Below are positions 56,833 to 64,000 of a stretch of 64,000 bases of DNA, piece after piece; position 1 is the stretch's first letter, and each line of letters begins with the position of its first letter. The notes below the pieces were generated by a model, which was not told where the DNA came from, searched no databases, and was given only the letters and a program-made list of their open reading frames with translations. A program made the translations under genes and the position numbers. The DNA is from a candidate division WWE3 bacterium RIFOXYB1_FULL_43_24 (lineage in GTDB: Bacteria; Patescibacteriota; WWE3; UBA101185; UBA10185). The stretch covers positions 172 through 64,171 of the forward strand of contig MEVX01000003.1 in NCBI GenBank assembly GCA_001773135.1. Reading direction: 5' to 3'.

Positions 56833-57465
56833 TTAAATCGTCTTTTCACCTTTATAAATCCATACTTTAATTCCGATAGTTCCGTAAAGTAAGTGACAAT
56901 CAACTTGAGCGTAATCTATCTCCGCCCTGAGTGTCTGAAGTGGGATAGAACCCAACGTGTACTGTTCGGATCTGGAAATTGTGTTGCTTCCGCTTAAAAC
57001 TCCCGACAATCTTATTTTTATTCCCTTCGCTCCTTTATCCATCGCACCGCTCAACGCGAACTTTACGACTCTTCTGTAAGGCATTCTTCTTTTTATTTGT
57101 CTTGCTAAGTAATCTCCTACAAGCTGGGCTTCCGTTTCAGGAGATTTAACTTCTTCAGCCGTAATCTTAACTTTGGCTTTTGTAAGCTTCTTAATTTCTT
57201 TTTCAATTTCTTCCACTCCGGTACCGCCTCTTCCTATAACAACCCCTGGTTTGGACACTCTTACTGTTATGCTTATGTCGTTCTCAGTTCTCTCGATATC
57301 TATCTCTTTCAAACCAGCCATCTCCAGTTTCTTTTTAAGGTACTTCCTTATCTTTATATCTTCGTGTGCTACATCAGCATAAGAAGAAGGTGGTGCGTAC
57401 CATCTGGACTGCCAGTCCCTTGATATTCCTAATCTGTACCCAATCGGGTTTATTTTTTGTCCCAT
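56833..57465 (-). CDS. rpsC: 30S ribosomal protein uS3
   Basis: MGQKINPIGYRLG, PGVVIGRGG, PLQTLRA. Confidence 0.97.
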   Translation of the reverse strand: MGQKINPIGYRLGISRDWQSRWYAPPSSYADVAHEDIKIRKYLKKKLEMAGLKEIDIERTENDISITVRVSKPGVVIGRGGTGVEEIEKEIKKLTKAKVKITAEEVKSPETEAQLVGDYLARQIKRRMPYRRVVKFALSGAMDKGAKGIKIRLSGVLSGSNTISRSEQYTLGSIPLQTLRAEIDYAQVDCHLLYGTIGIKVWIYKGEKTI

Positions 57466-57466
57466 A

Positions 57467-57823
57467 TTATTTAACCTTTTTACCTATCTGACTTAACCCA
57501 ACATAAATATGACTCGTTCTTTTTAAAATGGGGCTAAATCTTCCTTTTGCAACGAATTTTCCGCTTTTTTGAACAGGTCCTCCGCTAACCCAAAGCTCGG
57601 ATAAGACCAGATTTTCTTTTTCAAACTTGTTGTTATTCACGGCGTTCGCCTCGGCAGATTTTAACACCTTTAACACCAAAGCAGCAGCCTTAGTTCTATC
57701 AAAGGCAAGTATCAACTTGGCTTCTTCTACCGGTTTCCCTCTGACAAGATCCATCACCGGAGCAACCTTCTTAGGCGATATTCTTGCTTTCATGTGTTTT
57801 GCATATACTTCCGACTTGTTCAT
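57467..57823 (-). CDS. rplV: 50S ribosomal protein uL22
   Basis: RISPKK, LKSAEANA, KRTSHI. Confidence 0.95.
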   Translation of the reverse strand: MNKSEVYAKHMKARISPKKVAPVMDLVRGKPVEEAKLILAFDRTKAAALVLKVLKSAEANAVNNNKFEKENLVLSELWVSGGPVQKSGKFVAKGRFSPILKRTSHIYVGLSQIGKKVK

Positions 57824-57827
57824 ATTT

Positions 57828-58097
57828 TTATGCAACCTTCTTAGAAGAGTGGGCTCTAAATGTTCTCGTAGGTGAGAACTCTCCTAATTTATGACCCACC
57901 ATAGATTCAGTTACAAAAACAGGGATGTGTTTTTTGCCGTTGTGTACTTCGAATGTCAGCCCCACCATCTCTGGTACAATGGTTGATCTTCTTGCCCATG
58001 TTTTTATAGGAGTTCTTGCTCCGTTAGAAAGGGCTGTCTGTACCTTCTTCATTAATTTTTCGTCTGTATATATTCCTTTTTTTAATGACCTTGTCAT
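57828..58097 (-). CDS. rpsS: 30S ribosomal protein uS19
   Basis: [23 protein letters not shown]. Confidence 0.97.
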   Translation of the reverse strand: MTRSLKKGIYTDEKLMKKVQTALSNGARTPIKTWARRSTIVPEMVGLTFEVHNGKKHIPVFVTESMVGHKLGEFSPTRTFRAHSSKKVA

Positions 58098-58141
58098 AAT
58101 TTGTTCCTTTAAAAATCAGGGTAGCCTTGCTGACAAGCTGA

Positions 58142-58975
58142 CTACTTCCTCTTTTTCTCCCTTCTTTTAACTATGGTGTAATCAGTGTGGACACGCTTTC
58201 TGCTTTTTACACCCCTTGTTTTCCATCCCCAAGGAGATAGAGGTGCGGGTCGTCCGATACCTGTTGTACCGTATTTACCTGCGTGCGGGTGGTCCTTCTT
58301 CGGGTTTGCCATCGCAACACCACGAACGTGAGGTCTAAAGCCAAGGTATCTTTTCTTTCCGGCTCTACCTAACCGCACATTCCTGGTATCGGGATTGGAT
58401 AACGTACCGATAGAAGCGTAGCACTTTCCAAGTACCTTCTTCACCTCACCGCTCGGGAGCCTCAGATTAACATATGCTCCCTCTTTGGCCAATATCAGGG
58501 CTGAATTTCCTGCTCCTCTTGCCATAACGCCCCCCGCACCTATATTTACCTCTATGTTGTGCACGAACGTGCCCAAAGGTATGTTCTCTAAAGGCAACGC
58601 GTTACCGGGGTTAAGCTCGGCCTCGGGACCTGAAACAACCTCCATGCCTACCGCCAATCCTTCGGGAGCGAGAATGTATCTCTTTTCGCCGTCTACAAAG
58701 TTAAGAAGAGCTATATTTGAGCCTCTGTTGGGATCGTATTCGATAGAAGCTACTTTGGCGGGTACAAGCAGTTTATTTCTTTTAAAATCGATTATTCTAT
58801 ATCTCTTTTTTGTTCCTCTTTCTCTATATCTTGTGGCAATTCTCCCGCGGCTTCTCCCGGCAGGACCCTTCAACGGCGAGGTTAGAGCCTTTAAGGGCCT
58901 TTCCTTGCTCACCTCTCTAACTAGAGTTTTTCTTGTTCGCTGTCCTTGACTTGTAGGTTTATATCTTTTTAACAT
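58142..58975 (-). CDS. rplB: 50S ribosomal protein uL2
   Basis: YRIIDFKR, IEYDPNR, RPHVRGVAM, DHPH. Confidence 0.97.
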   Translation of the reverse strand: MLKRYKPTSQGQRTRKTLVREVSKERPLKALTSPLKGPAGRSRGRIATRYRERGTKKRYRIIDFKRNKLLVPAKVASIEYDPNRGSNIALLNFVDGEKRYILAPEGLAVGMEVVSGPEAELNPGNALPLENIPLGTFVHNIEVNIGAGGVMARGAGNSALILAKEGAYVNLRLPSGEVKKVLGKCYASIGTLSNPDTRNVRLGRAGKKRYLGFRPHVRGVAMANPKKDHPHAGKYGTTGIGRPAPLSPWGWKTRGVKSRKRVHTDYTIVKRREKKRK

Positions 58976-58977
58976 GT

Positions 58978-59268
58978 TTACTCCTTCGGCATTATATCAA
59001 TTGTCTGGCCTTCTTTTAACTTTACTATGGCCTTTTTCCATTTAACTCTTCCTGAGAATCTTCTGGTTCCTGAAACTCTTCTTGGTTTTCCCGGCACGAC
59101 TATCGTTTTTACAGCGGTAATTTTGACTCCGTACATTTTTTCTATTTCCTTTGCTACAGATTCTTTATTGGCATCCATTGCAACCTTAAAAGAGTAGAAG
59201 CCGTTGGCCGCCTGGGCGTACGTCTTTTCGGTAACTATTGGTTTGTATATCAAATTGTTTAGTCTCAT
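58978..59268 (-). CDS. rplW: 50S ribosomal protein uL23
   Basis: PIVTEK, WKKAIVKL. Confidence 0.95.
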   Translation of the reverse strand: MRLNNLIYKPIVTEKTYAQAANGFYSFKVAMDANKESVAKEIEKMYGVKITAVKTIVVPGKPRRVSGTRRFSGRVKWKKAIVKLKEGQTIDIMPKE

Positions 59269-59888
59269 TTTTTAAACCTCTCGTTTATATCAAGTATGGC
59301 GTCTTTTTCAAATAGGACTGTCTTGGCCGAAATCAGATCGTAGGGATTCAAAGATCCGGCATAAGCAGCCCGTATATTAGTTAAGTTAGAGATGCTTTTC
59401 ATTACCTTCTCGTCTTTTTTATTCCAAACATAAAGTACGGAACCTTTGAGTCCGAGGGTCTTTACTGCAGTTGACATGGCTGACGTTGATATTTTGTCCA
59501 CACCAAAATCGTTAACTACAAAAAGCGAATCTGCGGCCTCTTTCAACGAAAGGGCAGATCTCATAGCTAATTTCTTCATTTTCTTAGGCAATTTCAACGT
59601 CCAATCCTTGGGAAGTGGGCCGTGTGTAACACCCCCGTGAACCCATATAGGGCTCCTTGAGGACCCTGCTCTTGCTCTGCCCGTACCTTTTTGTCTCCAG
59701 GGCTTCGCTCCGCCTCCGGCAACCTCTGCTTTATTCTTTACTTTTGAGGTCCCGGTTCTCTGGTTAGTTGTATAAACTCTTATGTACTGAACTAGTACGT
59801 TGTTGTTAGGTTCGGCTTTAAATACCTCATCGTGGAGGGTTATTTCTTCAACCTTATTACCTTTTTTATCTAACACTTGTTTTTTCAT
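59265..59888 (-). CDS. rplD: 50S ribosomal protein uL4
   Basis: KPWRQKGTGRARAGS, GGVTHGP. Confidence 0.97.
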   Translation of the reverse strand: MKKQVLDKKGNKVEEITLHDEVFKAEPNNNVLVQYIRVYTTNQRTGTSKVKNKAEVAGGGAKPWRQKGTGRARAGSSRSPIWVHGGVTHGPLPKDWTLKLPKKMKKLAMRSALSLKEAADSLFVVNDFGVDKISTSAMSTAVKTLGLKGSVLYVWNKKDEKVMKSISNLTNIRAAYAGSLNPYDLISAKTVLFEKDAILDINERFKK

Positions 59889-59890
59889 AT

Positions 59891-60319
59891 TTACTTTAAC
59901 TCGATCGTAATTTTTGAATTTCTCGCCCCAGGTACAGGACCTGAAACCATAAGTTGGTTTTGTTCTGGCATTACTTTTACGATTTTTAGACCTTTTATCG
60001 TCACTCTTTCCCCGCCCATTCTTCCTGCCATCTTCTTACCTTTTCTGACTCTTCCCGGTGTCTGGCTTCCGATAGAACCCGGAGCTCTGGGTTTTGTGCT
60101 TTGTCCGCCTGTCGCGGGCCCTCCTGAGAAGTGCCATCTCTTCATAACCCCGGCAAAACCCTTTCCTTTAGAAACTCCAACAATCTTCACATATTTATTT
60201 TCCATATCCGAAGTCAGATCCTCGTCAATTTTGCCGATTACCGTTACAGGAACAACTTTTCCCGTGTCGAGAAATATTTGGCTCATGTTTAGTTTTATTC
60301 CTTTTATCTTTTCAGTCAT
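59891..60319 (-). CDS. rplC: 50S ribosomal protein uL3, short form (142 aa)
   Basis: VPVTVI, SKGKGFAGVMKRW, RAPGSIG, KGKKMAGRMG, GPVPG. Confidence 0.93.
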   Translation of the reverse strand: MTEKIKGIKLNMSQIFLDTGKVVPVTVIGKIDEDLTSDMENKYVKIVGVSKGKGFAGVMKRWHFSGGPATGGQSTKPRAPGSIGSQTPGRVRKGKKMAGRMGGERVTIKGLKIVKVMPEQNQLMVSGPVPGARNSKITIELK

Positions 60320-60432
60320 GGCAAAAAATTAGCGCCCAAGGGGCGCCCACTAATGTAACCCTTGTTATTAATTACTTTTGCCGGACAAACCGGCTATTTT
60401 TAAACGTTTCTTGCATTGAGCGACTTATATTA
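60320..60432 (-). promoter_or_regulatory. Putative structured 5' leader of rplC operon
   Basis: TAATAT at 60427-60432, hairpins 60380-60394 and 60332-60346, the latter followed by a T6 run just before the rplC ATG. Confidence 0.5.
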
Positions 60433-60481
60433 CCCTAGATTACGGCAAAAATCCATACTTTTACCGCAACCGGTCCACAAC

Positions 60482-60802
60482 TTACATCTTCATCGTAATG
60501 CCAACACCGGCCGGCAAACTGAGCTTTGAAAGGCTCTCTACGGTCTGTGCTGTCGGATTCAAGACGTCTACCACTCTTTTGTGGGTTCTTAGCTCAAATT
60601 GTTCACGTGACCTCTTATCGATATGAGGGCCCCTGATTACCGTGAATTTCTCTATTCTGGTGGGAAGGGGCACCGGCCCTACTACCTTGGCTCCGGTCCT
60701 TATCGCCGTATCAACTATCTTTGAGCAGCTAAGATCTATGATCCTGCTGTCGTATGAATTGAGTTTTATTCTGATTTTTGTTTCTTTTTGAGCTTTAGCC
60801 AT
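60482..60802 (-). CDS. rpsJ: 30S ribosomal protein uS10
   Basis: [24 protein letters not shown]. Confidence 0.97.
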   Translation of the reverse strand: MAKAQKETKIRIKLNSYDSRIIDLSCSKIVDTAIRTGAKVVGPVPLPTRIEKFTVIRGPHIDKRSREQFELRTHKRVVDVLNPTAQTVESLSKLSLPAGVGITMKM

Positions 60803-60818
60803 TTTGTTTTACCGATAG

Positions 60819-60842
60819 AACTGCCCCCTTTCGGGGGCAGTT
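60819..60842 (-). terminator. Strong hairpin after tuf (terminator or stabiliser)
   Basis: 10-bp stem AACTGCCCCC/GGGGGCAGTT with GAAA loop on the minus strand; weak U-tract. Confidence 0.6.
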
Positions 60843-60853
60843 GAAAAATCAAG

Positions 60854-62032
60854 TTATGCGTTTACTTTAGAGATAGCTCCTGCTCCTACAGTGTGGCCGC
60901 CTTCTCTTATAGCGAATCTCATACCGTCTTCGAGTGCAACCGGTGTAATGAGTTTAACTTTCATAGCTACCTTATCTCCTGGCATGACCATCTCGACACC
61001 TTCAGGGAGTACTATTTCGCCTGTAACGTCAGTGGTTCTGATATAGAACTGGGGTCTGTATCCGCTGAAGAAAGGTTTCTGTCTTCCACCCTCTTCCTTG
61101 GACAATATGTAAACCTCAGCATCAAAATCTGTGTGGGGTTTTGTGCTTCCGGGCTTGGCCAACACCTGACCTCTTTCCACATCAGTTCTCTCAATACCTC
61201 TAAGAAGTATGCCGACGTTATCTCCTGCGAGACCTTCCTGCATCTGCTTCTTGAACATTTCTACACCTGTAACTACCGATTTCTTTGTGTCCTTAATTCC
61301 GACAATTTCAATTTCTTCGTTGATCTTTACCTTGCCTCTTTCGATTCTTCCCGTAACGACAGTCCCTCTTCCCGAGATTGTAAATACGTCTTCAACGGGC
61401 ATTAGGAACGGTTTATCGAGTTCTCTTACCGGAGTAGGTATGAACGTATCAACTGCCTCCATAAGTTCCTCGATGCTTTTTATAGCTTCCGCGTCACCTT
61501 CCAAAGCTTTCATAGCGGATCCTTTAATTATTGGTGTGGTGTCCCCTGGGAATCCGTACTTGGTCAATAATTCTCTTACTTCGAGCTCAACGAGATCAAG
61601 AATCTCTTTGTCCTGTACCATATCCGTCTTATTCATGAAGACGACCATAGCAGGGACGTTAACTTGCTTAGCTAACAAAATATGCTCTCTTGTCTGAGGC
61701 ATCGGTCCATCAGGAGCGGAGACCACGAGTATTGCGCCGTCCATCTGAGCGGCACCGGTGATCATGTTCTTGATGTAGTCCGCGTGTCCGGGAGCATCGA
61801 TGTGAGCGTAGTGCCTCTTGTCGGTTTCATACTCAACGTGTGTGATGTTGATTGTGATACCTCGGGCCCTCTCTTCAGGAGCCTTATCGATGTTTTCGTA
61901 ACTTACAAACTGTGCCTGACCCTTGCCTGAAAGCACTTTTGTAATAGCTGCGGTCAATGTGGTTTTTCCATGGTCAACGTGACCAATGGTACCTATGTTT
62001 ACGTGTTCTTTATTTCTTACAAATTCGGCCAT
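60854..62032 (-). CDS. tuf: Elongation factor Tu
   Basis: [29 protein letters not shown]. Confidence 0.99.
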   Translation of the reverse strand: MAEFVRNKEHVNIGTIGHVDHGKTTLTAAITKVLSGKGQAQFVSYENIDKAPEERARGITINITHVEYETDKRHYAHIDAPGHADYIKNMITGAAQMDGAILVVSAPDGPMPQTREHILLAKQVNVPAMVVFMNKTDMVQDKEILDLVELEVRELLTKYGFPGDTTPIIKGSAMKALEGDAEAIKSIEELMEAVDTFIPTPVRELDKPFLMPVEDVFTISGRGTVVTGRIERGKVKINEEIEIVGIKDTKKSVVTGVEMFKKQMQEGLAGDNVGILLRGIERTDVERGQVLAKPGSTKPHTDFDAEVYILSKEEGGRQKPFFSGYRPQFYIRTTDVTGEIVLPEGVEMVMPGDKVAMKVKLITPVALEDGMRFAIREGGHTVGAGAISKVNA

Positions 62033-62152
62033 GTTAAATTAACTATCCTTTCAAAATTATATAAATTAATACTTTAAGATATTCAGACTAATTCGACAAC
62101 TGCTAGTTAACCAGATTAATACCTAAAAATCAAGCGTTTTCAGGGGAAAAAC

Positions 62153-64000
62153 CTATCTCCTGCCTGTCTTGACCAATTCGGGTAAGATGCTGGACGGAAC
62201 CTCCTCGTAATGACTCGGCTCCATCGCAAAAGAGGCTCTTCCTTGCGTTAAACCTCTTAACTCCGTTGCATACCCGAACATCTCGGCCAAAGGTGCCGTA
62301 CAGGTTATAACACGGGCGTTTCCACGCTGCTCGGTGCTCTCAATCTTGCCTCTTTTTGAGGACAGGTTGCCGATAACATCCCCCATAAACTCATCCGGTG
62401 TAACAACTTCAATTTTCATTATAGGCTCGATTATGAAAGAGTCGGCGGTTCTCTGTGCGTCCCTCATTGCTTCTATTGCTGCCATCTTAAATGCCATTTC
62501 CGAAGAGTCGACTTCGTGGAAGGATCCGTCATGAAGTGTAACCCTGATGTCTACTAACGGGTATCCCGCCAGTATTCCGCTTTCAACAGCTTCCTTTACT
62601 CCTTTTTCAACTGCCGGAACATATTCCCTTGGTATAGAGCCGCCAACTAGCTTATCTACGAATTCCAAACCCTTTCCCCGTTCCAGGGGTTCGACCTTAA
62701 CAACAACGTGACCATATTGCCCACGTCCGCCTGATTGACGTATGTATTTGCCTTCGATATCGACAGTTTTTCTAATAGTTTCTCTGTAAGCAACCTGGGG
62801 TTTACCGGTGTTGACCTCAACACCGAACTCTCTTTTCATACGGTCAACAATTATTTCAAGGTGAAGTTCTCCCATTCCGTATAAAACACCTTGTCCGGTT
62901 TCTTCGTTTGTTTTTATTTTTAAGGTCGGGTCTTCTTCCAAAAACTTCTTGATGGCGACCGACATTTTATCTCTGTCCGCTTTTGACTTGGGCTCCAGTA
63001 CTAATCCGATAACCGGTTCTGCAAAACTAATAGATTCCAAAACGATCGGATACTCTTCGCTGCACAAAGTATCTCCTGTTACAGCGTCAAGTCCTACGGC
63101 AGCACAAATTTCACCGGCTTTTATTTCATGTAACTCTTCCCGGTGGTTCGCGTGCATCAAAAGAATACGTCCGATTCTTTCTTTCTTGTCTTTAGTTGAA
63201 TTATAAATATAAGAACCTGCGGTAATTTTTCCGGAATAAATTCTAAGGTAGGTCAATCTACCCACATAAGAGTCGGTTTGAACTTTAAATGCAAGAGCAA
63301 CAAAAGGCCCGTTTTCGTCATGGGCAAGATGCATTTTTTCTCCGGTTTTCTGATCAAAACCTTCCGTTTCCGGCGTATCTGAAGGAGAAGGAAGATAGGA
63401 AACAACCCCATCCAACAGTTTTTGAATTCCTATATTTGATAAGGAAGCTCCACAAAACACGGGATACATTTTAGTTTGAACGGTTAGTTTTCTTATTCCG
63501 GATTTTATTTCCTCAACACTCAGTTCTTCTCCGTTCAAATATTTTTCTATAAGTGAGTCGTCGCTCTCTGCAACTTTTTCAACCAGCTTCTGTCTGAACT
63601 CTTCTACCTTTTGTTTCATATCTTCCGGAATTTCAACTTCGATGATATTTTCTCCGAGATTTCCCTCGAATTTATAAGCTTTTCTTTCAATCAAATCTAT
63701 GACCGCATTAAATTCGTTCTCTATTCCGATTGGAAGTTGTACTGCAACAGCATTGGGTGCTAGTTTTTCATAAACTGAACCGACGGACATATAAAAATCT
63801 CCGCCTATCTTGTCTAATTTATTTACAAAAAATATTAAAGGAACATGGTATTTTTGAGCCTGCCTGAAAACAGTTTCTGATTGAGGCTCGACGCCCTGTG
63901 AACCATCCAAAATAATAACGCCTCCATCAAGAACTCTTAGTGATCTTTCAACCTCAGCTGTAAAGTCAACGTGACCGGGGGTATCGATAATATTTATTCT
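62153..64000 (-). CDS. fusA: Elongation factor G (5' end outside window)
   Basis: Frame open to window edge (RINIIDTPGHVDFTAEVERSLRVLDG), NKLD, GMGELHLEI, QSGGRGQYGHV. Confidence 0.98.
   Translation of the reverse strand, partial: RINIIDTPGHVDFTAEVERSLRVLDGGVIILDGSQGVEPQSETVFRQAQKYHVPLIFFVNKLDKIGGDFYMSVGSVYEKLAPNAVAVQLPIGIENEFNAVIDLIERKAYKFEGNLGENIIEVEIPEDMKQKVEEFRQKLVEKVAESDDSLIEKYLNGEELSVEEIKSGIRKLTVQTKMYPVFCGASLSNIGIQKLLDGVVSYLPSPSDTPETEGFDQKTGEKMHLAHDENGPFVALAFKVQTDSYVGRLTYLRIYSGKITAGSYIYNSTKDKKERIGRILLMHANHREELHEIKAGEICAAVGLDAVTGDTLCSEEYPIVLESISFAEPVIGLVLEPKSKADRDKMSVAIKKFLEEDPTLKIKTNEETGQGVLYGMGELHLEIIVDRMKREFGVEVNTGKPQVAYRETIRKTVDIEGKYIRQSGGRGQYGHVVVKVEPLERGKGLEFVDKLVGGSIPREYVPAVEKGVKEAVESGILAGYPLVDIRVTLHDGSFHEVDSSEMAFKMAAIEAMRDAQRTADSFIIEPIMKIEVVTPDEFMGDVIGNLSSKRGKIESTEQRGNARVITCTAPLAEMFGYATELRGLTQGRASFAMEPSHYEEVPSSILPELVKTGRR

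Noticed and set aside
52342-63474. Many plus-strand ORFs of 60-170 aa opposite ribosomal protein, tuf and fusA genes
   Set aside because: Typical antisense shadow frames of highly conserved genes
63908-63910. ORF-track start of fusA at 63910
   Set aside because: Frame stays open to the window edge and encodes conserved EF-G motifs; the true start is outside the window
1-64000. tRNA, rRNA, riboswitch or genetic code 25 recoding
   Set aside because: No cloverleaf or rRNA-like stretch seen in the few intergenic gaps; TGA terminates conserved genes such as rplD and rplX

Overview
Bacterial chromosome segment, most likely Patescibacteria/CPR. The spc operon lacks rpmD/uL30 between rpsE and rplO, TGA is used as a stop, and genes are tightly packed and overlapping; any finer taxonomy is not supportable from the sequence alone. 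Right part (50.1-64 kb, minus strand): fusA (cut by the window edge), tuf, rpsJ, S10/spc ribosomal protein genes, secY, ybaB-like, adk. uL3 is unusually short (internal deletion) and a structured leader sits between rpsJ and rplC. Left part (0-49 kb, almost all minus strand): a very large surface-glycosylation locus with many GT4 and GT2 enzymes, four polyprenol-phosphate sugar synthase-like GT2s, about nine GT-C-like polytopic membrane proteins (one an O-antigen-ligase/ArnT fusion), three Wzx-like flippases, SAM methyltransferases, Ugd, and a B12-type radical SAM enzyme next to a ferredoxin. Three things inside this locus are not explained by glycosylation. (i) A plus-strand island (23.76-26.5 kb) of nine small genes in two apparent paralog families, with two promoters, clear Shine-Dalgarno sites and near-identical 43-44 bp hairpin repeats. 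(ii) A stand-alone cassette (8.9-9.3 kb) encoding a 60-aa Cys/His microprotein with a C-rich 3' hairpin. (iii) An AT-rich block (13.2-22.3 kb) bordered on both sides by inward-pointing G-rich sequence. Several operon-leading genes look leaderless. No rRNA, tRNA, CRISPR array, integrase or transposase was recognised. All family calls are by-eye motif recognition, with no database searches.
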